A stretch of 63,581 nucleotides of DNA, the filler included, from Candidatus Omnitrophota bacterium (GTDB lineage Bacteria > Omnitrophota > Gorgyraeia > JAGLLT01), in assembly GCA_023140385.1 (NCBI GenBank). It is 4 parts of 4 records of this genome, joined end to end, with 100 filler letters (N's around TTAATTAATTAA, not from the genome) between each part and the next. Parts side by side here need not be neighbours in the genome. Positions count along the whole stretch, not along the records: positions 30,571 to 41,730 come from JAGLLT010000017.1; positions 41,831 to 61,605 come from JAGLLT010000018.1; 2 more parts are not named here. One strand, given 5' to 3'. Of this stretch, positions 38,534 through 48,993 are shown piece by piece (the first letter of the stretch is position 1; every line of letters begins with the position of its first letter). The notes under the pieces are model-generated. The model saw nothing but the letters and a program-made list of their open reading frames with translations, had not been told where the DNA came from and did no database searches. A program made the translations under genes and the position numbers.

Positions 38534-41500
38534 TTACCAGGCTCCTCCTGCTGAATGGTCGAATAAGGTTGACCATTTTGTAACACCTCCGGCCTTACCA
38601 GCTATCAACACATCGCCGTCATCACCCTTGCCGGTTCCATCGCTCATCCAGATTACACACTCCCCTTCCGCGGGTTCTGTTGGGTCGGCAGACTTCTCAA
38701 GCATACTTATCGCGCCGTCAACCTGCAATTCGTAATTTGGCCCCGTCGTGCCAATGCCAACATTGCCGTCCCCATCAATTATTACCTGGTCTACTCCTCT
38801 GGGGGCGAATATTATCGCATTATCATCAGTAGTAGGCACAGTACCCGTTCCTACATTTGCTCCTGTGGTAATAACAAGATTCTCTTGGTTATGAGTAAAT
38901 GAACCCCATTGGTTGTTTGAAGTGTTAGGAGATAGAGCAGAATTGATAAACAGGGTCGGGTCGGTTTGAACAGCGTGGTCATGGTCCATACTAACGTTAG
39001 CATTAGTAGTTACAACAAGCATATTTCCAGTTGCTACATAAAGACTCATCCTCATTTCATCATCAACTCTATCACCTTGAAAACCTAAAATTCCAGAGCC
39101 TACATTCATAAATATTATATCTTGTCCACCAGCATCAAGTCCAATGTCACTAGCACAGTCGAATACAAAATCTGCCCCTGTTGTACCGTCAAAGTTTATA
39201 TCTCCACCAGAGTCTACATACATACGCAGAGAATCATCACCTACAGCCGCTTTTCTATGAACATATAAACTCTTTCCATCAACATCATTCTCAACATTAG
39301 TATCTTCAAAGAAAGTAACATCTTGGGCGGCAGTTGGATTAATTTTTAAAGCTGCTCCAGTATTCTGAATACCATAAGTAGATTGAATATTCAAATTAGC
39401 ATTATCCAGAATAACATCATTGCCTGCTGGGTCTAAGGTTAGATCGGCGTCGCAGGTTATATCATCGCCATTTACAGCAAGATCACCGACTAAAGTTAAA
39501 TCACCTGTAGAAGTAAGAGTAGACCTTGCTGCCCAGTCCCAGTATGCTGTATAATTATTATCTCCGATGCATCCTATTCGCCATTTAGTAACATTATTAT
39601 CTTCATATGCTATATGGGCATTATTTGCAGTAGCACTCTTATCCAAAGTAAGAGCCGCAGAGTCTGCATCTATTTCAATAGCATCCAAGCTTGCGGTAGA
39701 AGTTAATTTACCTACCAAAGTGGTCGTCCCCTCAATTCTTAAATTATTATCTCCTGCTTCTGTGGTAGAGCCAACAGTCAAACCGCCATCAAGTAACAAA
39801 TCATCGCCTGCGGGCGTAATCGTCAGATCGCCAACCCCGGTAGTTATTGCGCCGGAAGCAGTGTCTGCGGCACTGCCTAAAGCAAGAGTTGCCGCATTAG
39901 CGCTATTGTCAGAGTTTATCGTAAACGTATCAGCTGTGGTGCCTGTTAATGCTGAGCCGCCTGAGACGGTAGCGGTGAGAGTGCCGCCTACGGTTAAATC
40001 CCCGTCAAGGAGAACATTGCCTGCATCTACCCATAAAGCATAGGGGTTGGTGATGGTCATGTTTGTGCCTGCGGCTGGAGCGTTAGCAATGTACAGGGTA
40101 GCAGCATCAGTGATGGTAACGGCATTTGTGCCGGCTAAGGTGGGTTGGGCAAAGGAGCTTACCACACCTGTCGCGCGTGTGCCGGCAACGTCCGTGTCAG
40201 TGAAGGTAGCCGCAGCCCCCTGATACTGAATACCCGCGGTAAGCCATGAAGCGGCTGAGACATCGCCTGCAACGTGGAGTTTGCCGGCAGGCCCCGTCAC
40301 CCCGATGCCGACGTTGCCGTCATTTAATGACATCACGTGCTTCGTACCTGCATCACCCGCCGCATCCACTCCGTAATTCCAAACATAAAAATCTATAGCA
40401 TTACTAACTCCTGCGCTTCCGTTATGCCGTGTTCTGATGTTGTGGGCAAAAGAAGCTCCACCATTATATGAGAATAATATTTGATAAGCATCAGGAGCAC
40501 CTAAATCGCCTCCGCGTAACCTTAAAGTTTTTGTACCGGCTGTCGCAGACCCCATTATATCAAGATAACTATCCGGCGTCGTGCCAATACCAAGGTTGCC
40601 GTCTTTATCCATTACTGCCTTTACAACTCCCTGTTTCTTCCACTCTTGGAGGTGTCCTGTAGAAGCGGTGTCGTCTTCTACTTGCAATACAGCAGCAGTC
40701 GCGTCGAAAGCTCCTAAAGCTAAACTTCTGTGTGCCCTCACCGCTGGCGAAATATTATTTGCGGTTAAGGTTCCCTGTTGCGTAGCGCCTATTGCATAAC
40801 CTGCTGTACTCGTTCCAAAAACACCATAAACGCTGCCATCTCCATAAACACCTACACTACTACCGCCTCCGTAAATAGATGCACCACTTGCGCCGCTGCC
40901 GCCTACAGAGAGCGTTGAATTCGCCGTCGCCGTTCCGATGCCGACGCTGCAACCCATTACTTCTATATTACCCCCTGTCCCATCAAATACAATCCTTTCC
41001 GCGGCTGAGCCTATTCCTATCCAATCACCATCACCCATGGTAATATTACCACCCGGGGTGAGTCCTGTCCCATATATTGTTCCATCCACTTCCAAGCTTC
41101 CGTCTACAAAGAGGTCGCCGTCTGATGTGGCATTGTTTACAGTGTGAGTGCCGTCTGTTATCATAACTGGCCCGCCTGTGAAGTAGGCGGGGTAGTTGGT
41201 AGAACCACTGGAGGCTTTCCCATAAACTCCATAATTAGTTCCAAGGCCTGCTGCCGAACCATACACTCCAAAACAAGGAACAGAACTATGATCACTATCG
41301 GCATTAAACCGTCCTCCATATACATTCCAAATATCACATGTCGTAGTAGAATCATCGTAAGCACTAACACGTAAACCTGTTATTGAGCCCTGGTCGGTTG
41401 CTCCTGCCGCAGTCGCTGAGATACTTATACTTAATGCTTCTAAATAACCCTGCACTACAAACGCATCCGTTAAATCAACATCTATATAATTAGCCTCCCA

Positions 41501-41730
41501 AGTGCTACCTGTAAAAGTGGTATTTTTTGTACAGTCAAAATCTATCTCTAACGCGCGGTCATCCATTACATCGCTTGAGCGGGTTATCATTAACGAACTT
41601 GTAGTGTCGGGGGCGCCACCAATAGCGGCTACTCCTTCCACTCTTAAATTATCGTCTCCTGCTTCCGTGGCGGAACCGACGGTCAAGCCGCCGTCGAGTA
41701 ATAAGTCATCGCCTGCGGGCGTAATCGTCA
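38534..41730 (-). CDS. C-terminal part (over 1,060 aa) of a very large Gly/Thr/Asp-rich surface or fibre protein, 5'-truncated by the gap
   Basis: Frame open to the contig end; recurrent G(N/S)(V/L)GIG(T/V)T, YGVYG and LTITPAGDDLLLDGGLTVGS motifs. Confidence 0.8.
39741..41730 (-). repeat. Intragenic ~85-bp repeat pair (39741-39825 and 41646-41730)
   Basis: Both copies encode TITPAGDDLLLDGGLTVGS(T/A)TEAGD(N/D)NL; 25 nt are identical (39801-39825 and 41706-41730). Confidence 0.85.
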
Positions 41731-41830
41731 NNNNNNNNNNNNNNNNNNNNNNNNNNNNNNNNNNNNNNNNNNNNTTAATTAATTAANNNNNNNNNNNNNN
41801 NNNNNNNNNNNNNNNNNNNNNNNNNNNNNN
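41731..41830. other. Artificial contig spacer
   Basis: N runs with TTAATTAATTAA. Confidence 0.98.
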
Positions 41831-41832
41831 CC

Positions 41833-42933
41833 AACCTGCATCACCCCAATATTGTTCCTATCTACGCTATGGGTAAAAAAGGCGACCTGGACTTTTTTGC
41901 TATGGAGAAAATAGAGGGGAATACCCTCGATGAAATTTTAGAAAGCGGAGAAGGGCTTTCTATAGGCAAGACGTATAGAATTATCAGAAGCGTAGCTAAA
42001 GCCGCAAGTTACGCGCATACACAGGGAATTGTGCACAGGGATATCAAGCCTTCCAATATTATGATTGATAAAATTGGACGCATATTGGTTACGGACTTCG
42101 GCCTGGCAAAGTCAATAAAATGGAACAAAGTAACCTCAAGTCAAACCGTGCTCGGCACTCCTGTTTATATGTCTCCCGAGCAGGCCCAGGGCGAAGAGAC
42201 CGACGCCAGAACCGACATTTATTCTTTGGGGGTTGTTTTGTATGAGATGGTATGTAAAGGGGTACCTTTTTACGCGGAAGAGCCGATAGCGATTTTAAGA
42301 AAAGTAATTGAAAAAGACGCCGAAGAGCCGAGGAGTATAAATAGTGATATCCCAAAGGATTTAGAAACTATAATACTTAAATGCCTTGAGAAAAATCCGG
42401 CAAAAAGATATCAGACTATGGGGTTGTTTTTAAGAGATATCGAACTTTGCCAAAAAAATCTGCCCCTGCTTACCAGGCGTTCTGAAATAACTATTTTTGC
42501 TAAAAAAAGAAGAGAATATCTTATTAAAGCGGCTGGCGTCCTTTTGCTAACCATGGTGATTAGCAGTGCCATTATATTTGTTATGGGGCGAAGGGGAAGC
42601 TTTGACGGCTTTATCAGGAGGCTGACAGCTGCTATACCTACTTATGAAAGAAGGAAGGCGGTCAATGTAAAGAGTGAGAAACCTGCTTCTACCGGCTGGC
42701 CGAAGGATGAACTGCCCGTCCCCTTAGCGGAAGAACTGGCGGACATTATTTATCTTAAAAACGGCAGAAAAATTATAGGGATAATAGAAGAAGCGAGTGA
42801 CAAAAAGGTAATCATCCGCCTCAGAATCGGAACAGCCACCTATCCCCGCAGAGATATATCTTCCATTGAGTATTCCACCCCTAAAAAAAGAGAAAAGTTG
42901 ATGAAGTTCTGGGGGGGGGATGACAGGGGTTAG
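41833..42933 (+). CDS. Hanks-type Ser/Thr protein kinase with TM and small C-terminal beta domain, 5'-truncated
   Basis: NLHHPNIV upstream of the called ATG, HRDIKPSN, DFGLA, GTPVYMSPEQ, DIYSLG. Confidence 0.93.
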   Translation, partial: NLHHPNIVPIYAMGKKGDLDFFAMEKIEGNTLDEILESGEGLSIGKTYRIIRSVAKAASYAHTQGIVHRDIKPSNIMIDKIGRILVTDFGLAKSIKWNKVTSSQTVLGTPVYMSPEQAQGEETDARTDIYSLGVVLYEMVCKGVPFYAEEPIAILRKVIEKDAEEPRSINSDIPKDLETIILKCLEKNPAKRYQTMGLFLRDIELCQKNLPLLTRRSEITIFAKKRREYLIKAAGVLLLTMVISSAIIFVMGRRGSFDGFIRRLTAAIPTYERRKAVNVKSEKPASTGWPKDELPVPLAEELADIIYLKNGRKIIGIIEEASDKKVIIRLRIGTATYPRRDISSIEYSTPKKREKLMKFWGGDDRG

Positions 42934-43018
42934 TGGAGGATGACGGGGATTGTTAATTGATATATTTGTCAAAATTCCGGAATTCTATATCTCCCTTACC
43001 CTTTGGAAGGAAAACAAG

Positions 43019-43342
43019 ATGAATCTATGGGCAATAATTTTGACGATTTTAGCATTAGTAGTTGTTATTTTTATAGTTGTTTATGCTATTAAAAACAAAG
43101 GAAAGGAAGTTTTCTTACTTTTAGGGATTTGCTTTCTTATTCCTGCTATTATATTTACAATAGAACTATTATTTGCTGATTTTCCTATAAGTAAAATATC
43201 TATAACATCAAAAGTTCTGCTAACTTTTGCTATAATTTGGGGATTATTTTTCTCTATTAGCCATTTTGTAAAGCATTTTAGGAATAGAATCAGATTAGTA
43301 GTGTACAGGAAAAATCTACAAAATGGCTTTATCTTCTTGTAA
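43019..43342 (+). CDS. Small 3-TM hypothetical protein
   Basis: Hydrophobic AT-rich ORF; AAGGA precedes the ATG at 43019. Confidence 0.5.
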   Translation: MNLWAIILTILALVVVIFIVVYAIKNKGKEVFLLLGICFLIPAIIFTIELLFADFPISKISITSKVLLTFAIIWGLFFSISHFVKHFRNRIRLVVYRKNLQNGFIFL

Positions 43343-43387
43343 AATCTTGTACTAAAATTGCGTTTTAAAATAAAGGAGAAATTAGAA

Positions 43388-43993
43388 ATGAAGATTTTTT
43401 CAATAAAAGTTTTTGACAGGATCTATATTAGAACGATGATTCTGTTTTCTTTTGCCATGCTTTATGGGGGTTTTCAGTTTGGATTTAGACCTCTAATAGG
43501 CATGAGCATTATGCTCCCTCTAGTATTATATATAGCTCCAGTCATACTTTTAATTACAGTTATCTATTTTATAACCCTAATTGTTATGCGCCTAAAAACA
43601 AAAAAATGGATGCAAAACAAATGGACAAATATTCTACCCATATTAATAGTTCTGTCTTTTTTTGTAAGCCTAAATATGATTAATGTAGGAACATACACTG
43701 CTTATTTTTATGCTGGATTTAACAACCTAAGAAAAGACGCAGATGAATTAATAGCAACAGCGCCAGCGGAGCGAACAGAAGTTAATCATTCTGAATATCC
43801 ACCAAGCTTCAAAAGAGTTGGCGCTGGCCGTGTATTTAAGAGCAGTTCCTCAGTTACTATTTGGCGGGGAGGGTGGGTTAGTAAGAAAAATGGAATCATT
43901 ATTTATGCTAATGATAGTCACAAAGCAATTAATTCAGGTGCCTACAATGAGAGCCAACTAAGTAACCGAATATTTAATTTTAGTCTGAATTGA
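43388..43993 (+). CDS. Membrane hypothetical protein
   Basis: Three TM segments plus a soluble C-domain; SD AAGGAG. Confidence 0.6.
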   Translation: MKIFSIKVFDRIYIRTMILFSFAMLYGGFQFGFRPLIGMSIMLPLVLYIAPVILLITVIYFITLIVMRLKTKKWMQNKWTNILPILIVLSFFVSLNMINVGTYTAYFYAGFNNLRKDADELIATAPAERTEVNHSEYPPSFKRVGAGRVFKSSSSVTIWRGGWVSKKNGIIIYANDSHKAINSGAYNESQLSNRIFNFSLN

Positions 43994-44309
43994 TGAAGAT
44001 AAATTAAGAAAAAGTACCAAAAGATAAGAAACATTCGTGCAAATAGAGGACGCTCGAAAAGAGTAAATAAAAAGAAACGTATACGATACTTTCAAAACAA
44101 TTTTGTTTGGCAACGGAGGAAATCAAAAAGAAAGAAGGGTGTTATCAGGATTTTAAAAAAATGATAAAGATGCTTAAGTTCAAAGTTAAAACTTGAACTT
44201 CCCTTCTTTTAATATAAGCGATATGACAGGGGTTAGTGGAGAATAGAGAGTGAAAGGGATGTTGATGCATTTATATGTTTTTCATAAAGATAATAAGTAG
44301 CGAGGGGTT

Positions 44310-45590
44310 ATGAAAATAAATATAAAAAAAGGTGTACTTATCATAATTGTTTTTGCAGTTGTATTTGCCGTGGCCGTAAAGCTCCTTTTAGATAAATTTC
44401 CCAGTGGAGGAACAGGGGAAACGGTTACGGAAAGCGGAGTTCAAGCTCAGGATTTAAAAAAGTTTGTAATCATTCCTAAAGAAATATCACGCGATTTTAG
44501 TTTGATACGCGATAAGCAAACTTTGAAGTCTGCACGTATAAAGAAGAATCCCGGTAGAGTTTTAAAAGATAAGAGAAAGGAAGTAATTCCAGTAATTAAG
44601 TTAGCCAAAACTCCTATTGTTCCGGATAAGGCTTTTTTAGGAGAAACCCTTGATGTGGTTATTCGTGATGAAAAGGGCCAATTTTCGCCAGAAGAAACAA
44701 CTTCCGTTGATTTTGGAATGTTTGTAGAGGTAAATTCTTTTCGTGTGGATAGTCCTACACAGATAAGCGCTAATATTATGATAACTGAGCACATGCCTTA
44801 TAGTACAACCGTAAGTGTTAAGGTTACTACCGCAGGCAAAGAAAAGATCTGTGGGAGATTCAGTATTATTATTCCCCATCTTGCACCTGTAATTGAACGC
44901 ATTGAGCCAGAACCAGGAAAGCCCGGTGAGCTGGTTACTATCCATGGTAAAAATTTTGCTACAAGGTCGCTTAATGCTAACCATATTTACTTTAATGACA
45001 TGCTGGGTATGGTTCAGGAGGCGGAGTTAGACAAAATGGTTGTATTTGTTCCTATGAAATTCAGGGGTGGAAAGGTCATCGTGGTAGTAATAGGAGAAGA
45101 TTGTACTGAAAAAACAAGTAATTCTGTTAATTACACTGTTACAAATCTTCCAAAGCTCAACACCATAGAGTTTGGTCAGACCATAGAAGGAGAGATTCTC
45201 GATTCAGAGTTTTTCGACAGGTATATTTTTGAAGCTATAGAAGGAACCATAGCAACGATAATCGTAAACCGTGTGGCCAATCTTCCCAATGGAGAAGGGA
45301 GCTTGAACCCCATGGTTATGCTCGAGGATAAGGATAGAAGAGGTACGGTTGCCTGGGATGATGACAGTGGAACGGACATCCCCCCAGGGCCAGGAAACAA
45401 TGCTTTAATTCAGAGTGTAGTTTTGGCCAAAACAGGAACCTATGTCATCCTCATAAATGCAGGTACTGGTTATGAAAGTGGGGAAGAGATAATTAGGGTT
45501 AAGAATGGTGACATTATAACGGATTTTAGTAAGCTGCGGGGATTAGGGCCGTATAAGTTGACTTTGATAAAAGAGGATAGTATAAGATAA
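44310..45590 (+). CDS. Membrane-anchored protein with IPT/TIG and PPC-like domains
   Basis: PVIERIEP..G.PGELVTIHGKNF (IPT); DRYIFEAIEG...DDDSG...TGTYVI (PPC-like). Confidence 0.72.
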   Translation: MKINIKKGVLIIIVFAVVFAVAVKLLLDKFPSGGTGETVTESGVQAQDLKKFVIIPKEISRDFSLIRDKQTLKSARIKKNPGRVLKDKRKEVIPVIKLAKTPIVPDKAFLGETLDVVIRDEKGQFSPEETTSVDFGMFVEVNSFRVDSPTQISANIMITEHMPYSTTVSVKVTTAGKEKICGRFSIIIPHLAPVIERIEPEPGKPGELVTIHGKNFATRSLNANHIYFNDMLGMVQEAELDKMVVFVPMKFRGGKVIVVVIGEDCTEKTSNSVNYTVTNLPKLNTIEFGQTIEGEILDSEFFDRYIFEAIEGTIATIIVNRVANLPNGEGSLNPMVMLEDKDRRGTVAWDDDSGTDIPPGPGNNALIQSVVLAKTGTYVILINAGTGYESGEEIIRVKNGDIITDFSKLRGLGPYKLTLIKEDSIR

Positions 45591-45614
45591 AAATTGCTGC
45601 AAAGGAATGAGTAA

Positions 45615-46997
45615 ATGAGAAGTGAGAAATCTATACTTGCTGTATTTTTATGTGTGATTCTAATTAGAGTCTTTTTCCATATAAGTATTTTATCGCCTCT
45701 GCGTCTGTCGCCTGCATTAGATACACTTCAAAAGGGCCGGCCTCATAACAAAATACAATTGGAGAGGGCGAGGGTTTCAAGAGAGTATTATGAAGAAGAG
45801 CAGAAACCCAAACCCCTTCCAAAAGAATTTGTGCTTGCTCTAAAAGATGTAGTTACAGGTGAAAGAGTGGGGATAACTTACACTGTAAGGCGATTAACTG
45901 ACACAGATAGTGCAAGATGCCCTTTTCAGCCGCAAATAAATGAAAAGGGAGATGTTCTGTGGAATACAAGGAGTTGTATTTTTCTTTATGGTGGTAAAGA
46001 TATAAAATCTCTTGGTAAAGGTTTTCATTATTTGCACAATGTAAGAATGAACAATAAGGGCCAAGTAGTGTGGGCGGGAAAAAAAATGCATTTAGGGGAC
46101 GATGAAATATTTTTCTATGACGGTAGAAAAGTTAGGCAGCTAACTAATAATAAACATAGCGATGGATCTCCGAGCATAAATGACCATGGAGAGGTTGTTT
46201 GGAGTGGTTTTGATGGAAAAGATGTGGAAATATTTCTTTACGATGGCAGCAATATAATTCAGCTTACAGATGATACAGATTGTCATAATAATCCCGAAAT
46301 AAATAATCGGGGAGAAGTGGTGTGGGAGATGAATTCAAAAAGAGAAGATTCGGAAATATTCTTTTATGACGGCCAAGGTGTAGAAGTGCTTACGAATAAT
46401 TCAGTTTATGATTATTCTCCTCAAATAAATGATCAGGGGAAAGTAGTGTGGTTCTCAAGGGTAGGTACGGAAGGAAGGGATCGCGATGATGAAATATTGA
46501 TTTATGACGGTAAAGACGTCGTTTGGTTAACGGATAACAAGAGAAGAGAACGTAATGTTCAAATAAATAACCGCGGACAGGCGGTATGGGAAGAGCACGA
46601 CGGGCATGATTGGGAAATATTTTTTGACAATGGCAAAACCGTAATTCAGTTGACGGATAATGATATAGATGATGTTACTCCTCAAATAAACGATGAGGGA
46701 GAAATAGTTTGGTGTGGCGCAGGCCGAGCGCTGCAGTGTGGAAGAAAAATTGAAAGGCAGATATTTTTCTATAACGGCAAAGTTGTAATGCAGCTTACAG
46801 AGGAGGCCGAGGATGTATATGACAATGTACATCCCCATATAAATAACCGGGGAAATATTGTATGGTCCGGCGATTACGGAAGCGGCTACGATATTTTCCT
46901 TGCCACAAAAAACCTCGATCTTTTTGAATCTGCCTTTCCTGGTGATGAGGATAAAATTAAGGCTACGGATATCATAGGCCGAAAACTTCCTTTATAA
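45615..46997 (+). CDS. Exported beta-propeller-like repeat protein
   Basis: Eight ~40-aa repeats PxIN(D/N)xGxVVW...EIFxYDG...QLT. Confidence 0.8.
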   Translation: MRSEKSILAVFLCVILIRVFFHISILSPLRLSPALDTLQKGRPHNKIQLERARVSREYYEEEQKPKPLPKEFVLALKDVVTGERVGITYTVRRLTDTDSARCPFQPQINEKGDVLWNTRSCIFLYGGKDIKSLGKGFHYLHNVRMNNKGQVVWAGKKMHLGDDEIFFYDGRKVRQLTNNKHSDGSPSINDHGEVVWSGFDGKDVEIFLYDGSNIIQLTDDTDCHNNPEINNRGEVVWEMNSKREDSEIFFYDGQGVEVLTNNSVYDYSPQINDQGKVVWFSRVGTEGRDRDDEILIYDGKDVVWLTDNKRRERNVQINNRGQAVWEEHDGHDWEIFFDNGKTVIQLTDNDIDDVTPQINDEGEIVWCGAGRALQCGRKIERQIFFYNGKVVMQLTEEAEDVYDNVHPHINNRGNIVWSGDYGSGYDIFLATKNLDLFESAFPGDEDKIKATDIIGRKLPL

Positions 46998-47225
46998 ATA
47001 TATCTCTATATAATAACTATGGCCGCAAATAATATGATGGTGACCATGTTTCAAAGTTGTTTCTCTATAACGGTAAAACTATTACTCAGCTTGCAGGGAA
47101 AGTATCATGGGAAGACAGATAAAAGGTGTCTTCCCCCAAAAGAACAATAAAGCCCCGCCTTTTGTGTAAATGTAAAAAATTTATCCCGTAATAATTCATA
47201 GAGAAGAAATATTTTGAAAAAATAC

Positions 47226-47254
47226 TTGACAAGTCAACTATTGTATGGTAAACT
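47226..47254 (+). promoter_or_regulatory. Promoter of the MarR-led operon with a palindrome over the -35
   Basis: TTGACA-17 nt-TAAACT with TG extension; TTGAC-AA-GTCAA at 47226-47237. Confidence 0.7.
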
Positions 47255-47277
47255 ATGTTTAAAATAAGGAGAAAGCT

Positions 47278-47757
47278 ATGGAAAAATCTGATTTTTTTAA
47301 GACCTTTGGTGTGGAGTTAAATAATAAGAGATATTATGAAGAGGCCGTCTACAGCGTAGCCTTGATTTATAACGCGCTTAATAATCATATCTCGCGCCAT
47401 CTAAAGGATTATGGGTTGAGCGTAGCCAAATTTAATGTTTTGCTGGTCATCAAGCATCAGGGGCGGGAAGAAGGTGCCAGCCAGGTGAGCATAAGCCAGC
47501 ATCTGGTAGTTACTCCCTCTAATATGACCCGCCTTCTTGATAAACTTGAAAAAGAAAAACTGATTCGCCGCGTCTGCCAAAAAGGCGACAGAAGAGTAAA
47601 TCTAATAAAGATAACGGATAAAGGAATTAATTTGCTGGATAAAATCTGGCCGGGCTATCTTAATAAATTGCAAAGCCTAAGTTCGCACATAACCGCCGCT
47701 GAGAAAAAAATAGTCTCAACGGTGCTTATAAAGTGGTTGAAGGGAGTATTGCAATGA
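47278..47757 (+). CDS. MarR family transcriptional regulator
   Basis: GLSVAKFNVL, SNMTRLLDKLE, DRRVNLIKITDKG. Confidence 0.92.
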   Translation: MEKSDFFKTFGVELNNKRYYEEAVYSVALIYNALNNHISRHLKDYGLSVAKFNVLLVIKHQGREEGASQVSISQHLVVTPSNMTRLLDKLEKEKLIRRVCQKGDRRVNLIKITDKGINLLDKIWPGYLNKLQSLSSHITAAEKKIVSTVLIKWLKGVLQ

Positions 47758-47802
47758 AGGGATTTTTTGCCTAAAGGAGGAAGCTGAAGAAAGGCGGTTT
47801 AA

Positions 47803-48993
47803 ATGAAAAAAGAAGATTTAATTAAGAGTATGGTTGTTGATAAAAGCCCTTTAGTCAAAGCGGGCTTTAATCCTTATTATCAACCTGTCCGGAGCGGCTT
47901 GGGCAGAAATATAAACGTTAACGGTAAATCTCTGATTTCACTGGGTACAAATGATTATCTGGGTATAGCCAATAATGAAGAGATAAAAAAGGAGGCGCTA
48001 AGGGCATTAAGGAAGTTTGGCGTAAGTATGTGCGGCACGCCGATTGTCGTCGGCCAGACCGCCATCAATAGAAAACTCGAGACGGAAATAGCCAGTTTTT
48101 TAAAACAGGAGGACGCTTTAATATTCCCTTCCTGCTACCAGTGCAATATGGGGATTTTCGGCCTTTTGACAACCGGCGAAGATGTAATTATTGCTGACAG
48201 GGAGATTCATTCTTCTTTGTTGAATGGCATTGGCCTGTCCAAAGCCTCTTTTAAGATATTTTCACACAACAATCTTGATAAGCTAGAAAAAGCTTTAGCA
48301 AGATACAGTAACTGCCGGATGAAATTTATAGTTGTTGAAGGTTTGTATAGTACTAACGGAGATGTTCCGCCATTAGACGGGATGATGAAATTAGCGGAGA
48401 AATACGACGCCTTTATCATTGTTGATGATGCCCATGGTGTGGGTGTGCTGGGCAGGGAGGGGCGAGGCGTTTTGGAGGTTTTTGATGCGTTTAAAGAAAT
48501 AGATTTGGTTACCGGCTCGCTGGGTAAGGGAGTAGGTGCCTTCGGAGGATTTTTAGCGGGAGGCGCTCGATTAATTGATTATTTTCGATACAACTCTCCC
48601 CAGTACTTTTACTCCACAGCCCTGCCGCCAGCTATCGCGGCCGCCTCCATTATCTCCCTCAGATATATCAAAGAACACCCTGAAATACGGGAGAGGATAA
48701 ACAGTTATGCCCGAAAACTATATCAAAAACTTGAAACATTAGGTTTTCGCCTGACTAAATCCACCACTCCGGTAGTCTGCGTTCTTTTTGAAACTGCCGA
48801 AGATGCCATTCTGGCAACTAAGATGCTCTATGAAAAAGGTATTTATACGGTTGTCTTTGTGCCGCCCAGTGTGGCCAAAGGGGCTTCGCGAATCAGGTTG
48901 ACTTTAAATGCCAATCTGCAAAGTGAAGACATTGATTTTGTTATCAGCGTCTTTAGTGACATCAAAAAGAGAAAACCGCAGTGGGTAAACTAA
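47803..48993 (+). CDS. PLP-dependent alpha-oxoamine synthase (SPT/BioF/Kbl family)
   Basis: NDYLG, HSSL, FSHNN, EGLYSTNGD, DDAHG, GSLGK (PLP Lys), YSTALPP, SRIRL. Confidence 0.9.
   Translation: MKKEDLIKSMVVDKSPLVKAGFNPYYQPVRSGLGRNINVNGKSLISLGTNDYLGIANNEEIKKEALRALRKFGVSMCGTPIVVGQTAINRKLETEIASFLKQEDALIFPSCYQCNMGIFGLLTTGEDVIIADREIHSSLLNGIGLSKASFKIFSHNNLDKLEKALARYSNCRMKFIVVEGLYSTNGDVPPLDGMMKLAEKYDAFIIVDDAHGVGVLGREGRGVLEVFDAFKEIDLVTGSLGKGVGAFGGFLAGGARLIDYFRYNSPQYFYSTALPPAIAAASIISLRYIKEHPEIRERINSYARKLYQKLETLGFRLTKSTTPVVCVLFETAEDAILATKMLYEKGIYTVVFVPPSVAKGASRIRLTLNANLQSEDIDFVISVFSDIKKRKPQWVN

Larger units (their letters stand above)
42920..44241. repeat. 19-bp direct repeats flanking an AT-rich insert
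   Basis: ATGACAGGGGTTAGTGGAG at 42920-42938 and 44223-44241. Confidence 0.85.

Noticed and set aside
45900..46900. Periodic DNA similarity that might suggest a CRISPR array or DGR
   Set aside because: Explained by degenerate protein-coding propeller repeats; no identical spaced repeats, cas genes or reverse transcriptase seen in the window.
47803..48993. Calling the PLP enzyme bioF because bioY and accA are on the same contig
   Set aside because: They are about 10 kb away in a separate operon; the immediate neighbours are lipid-modifying enzymes.
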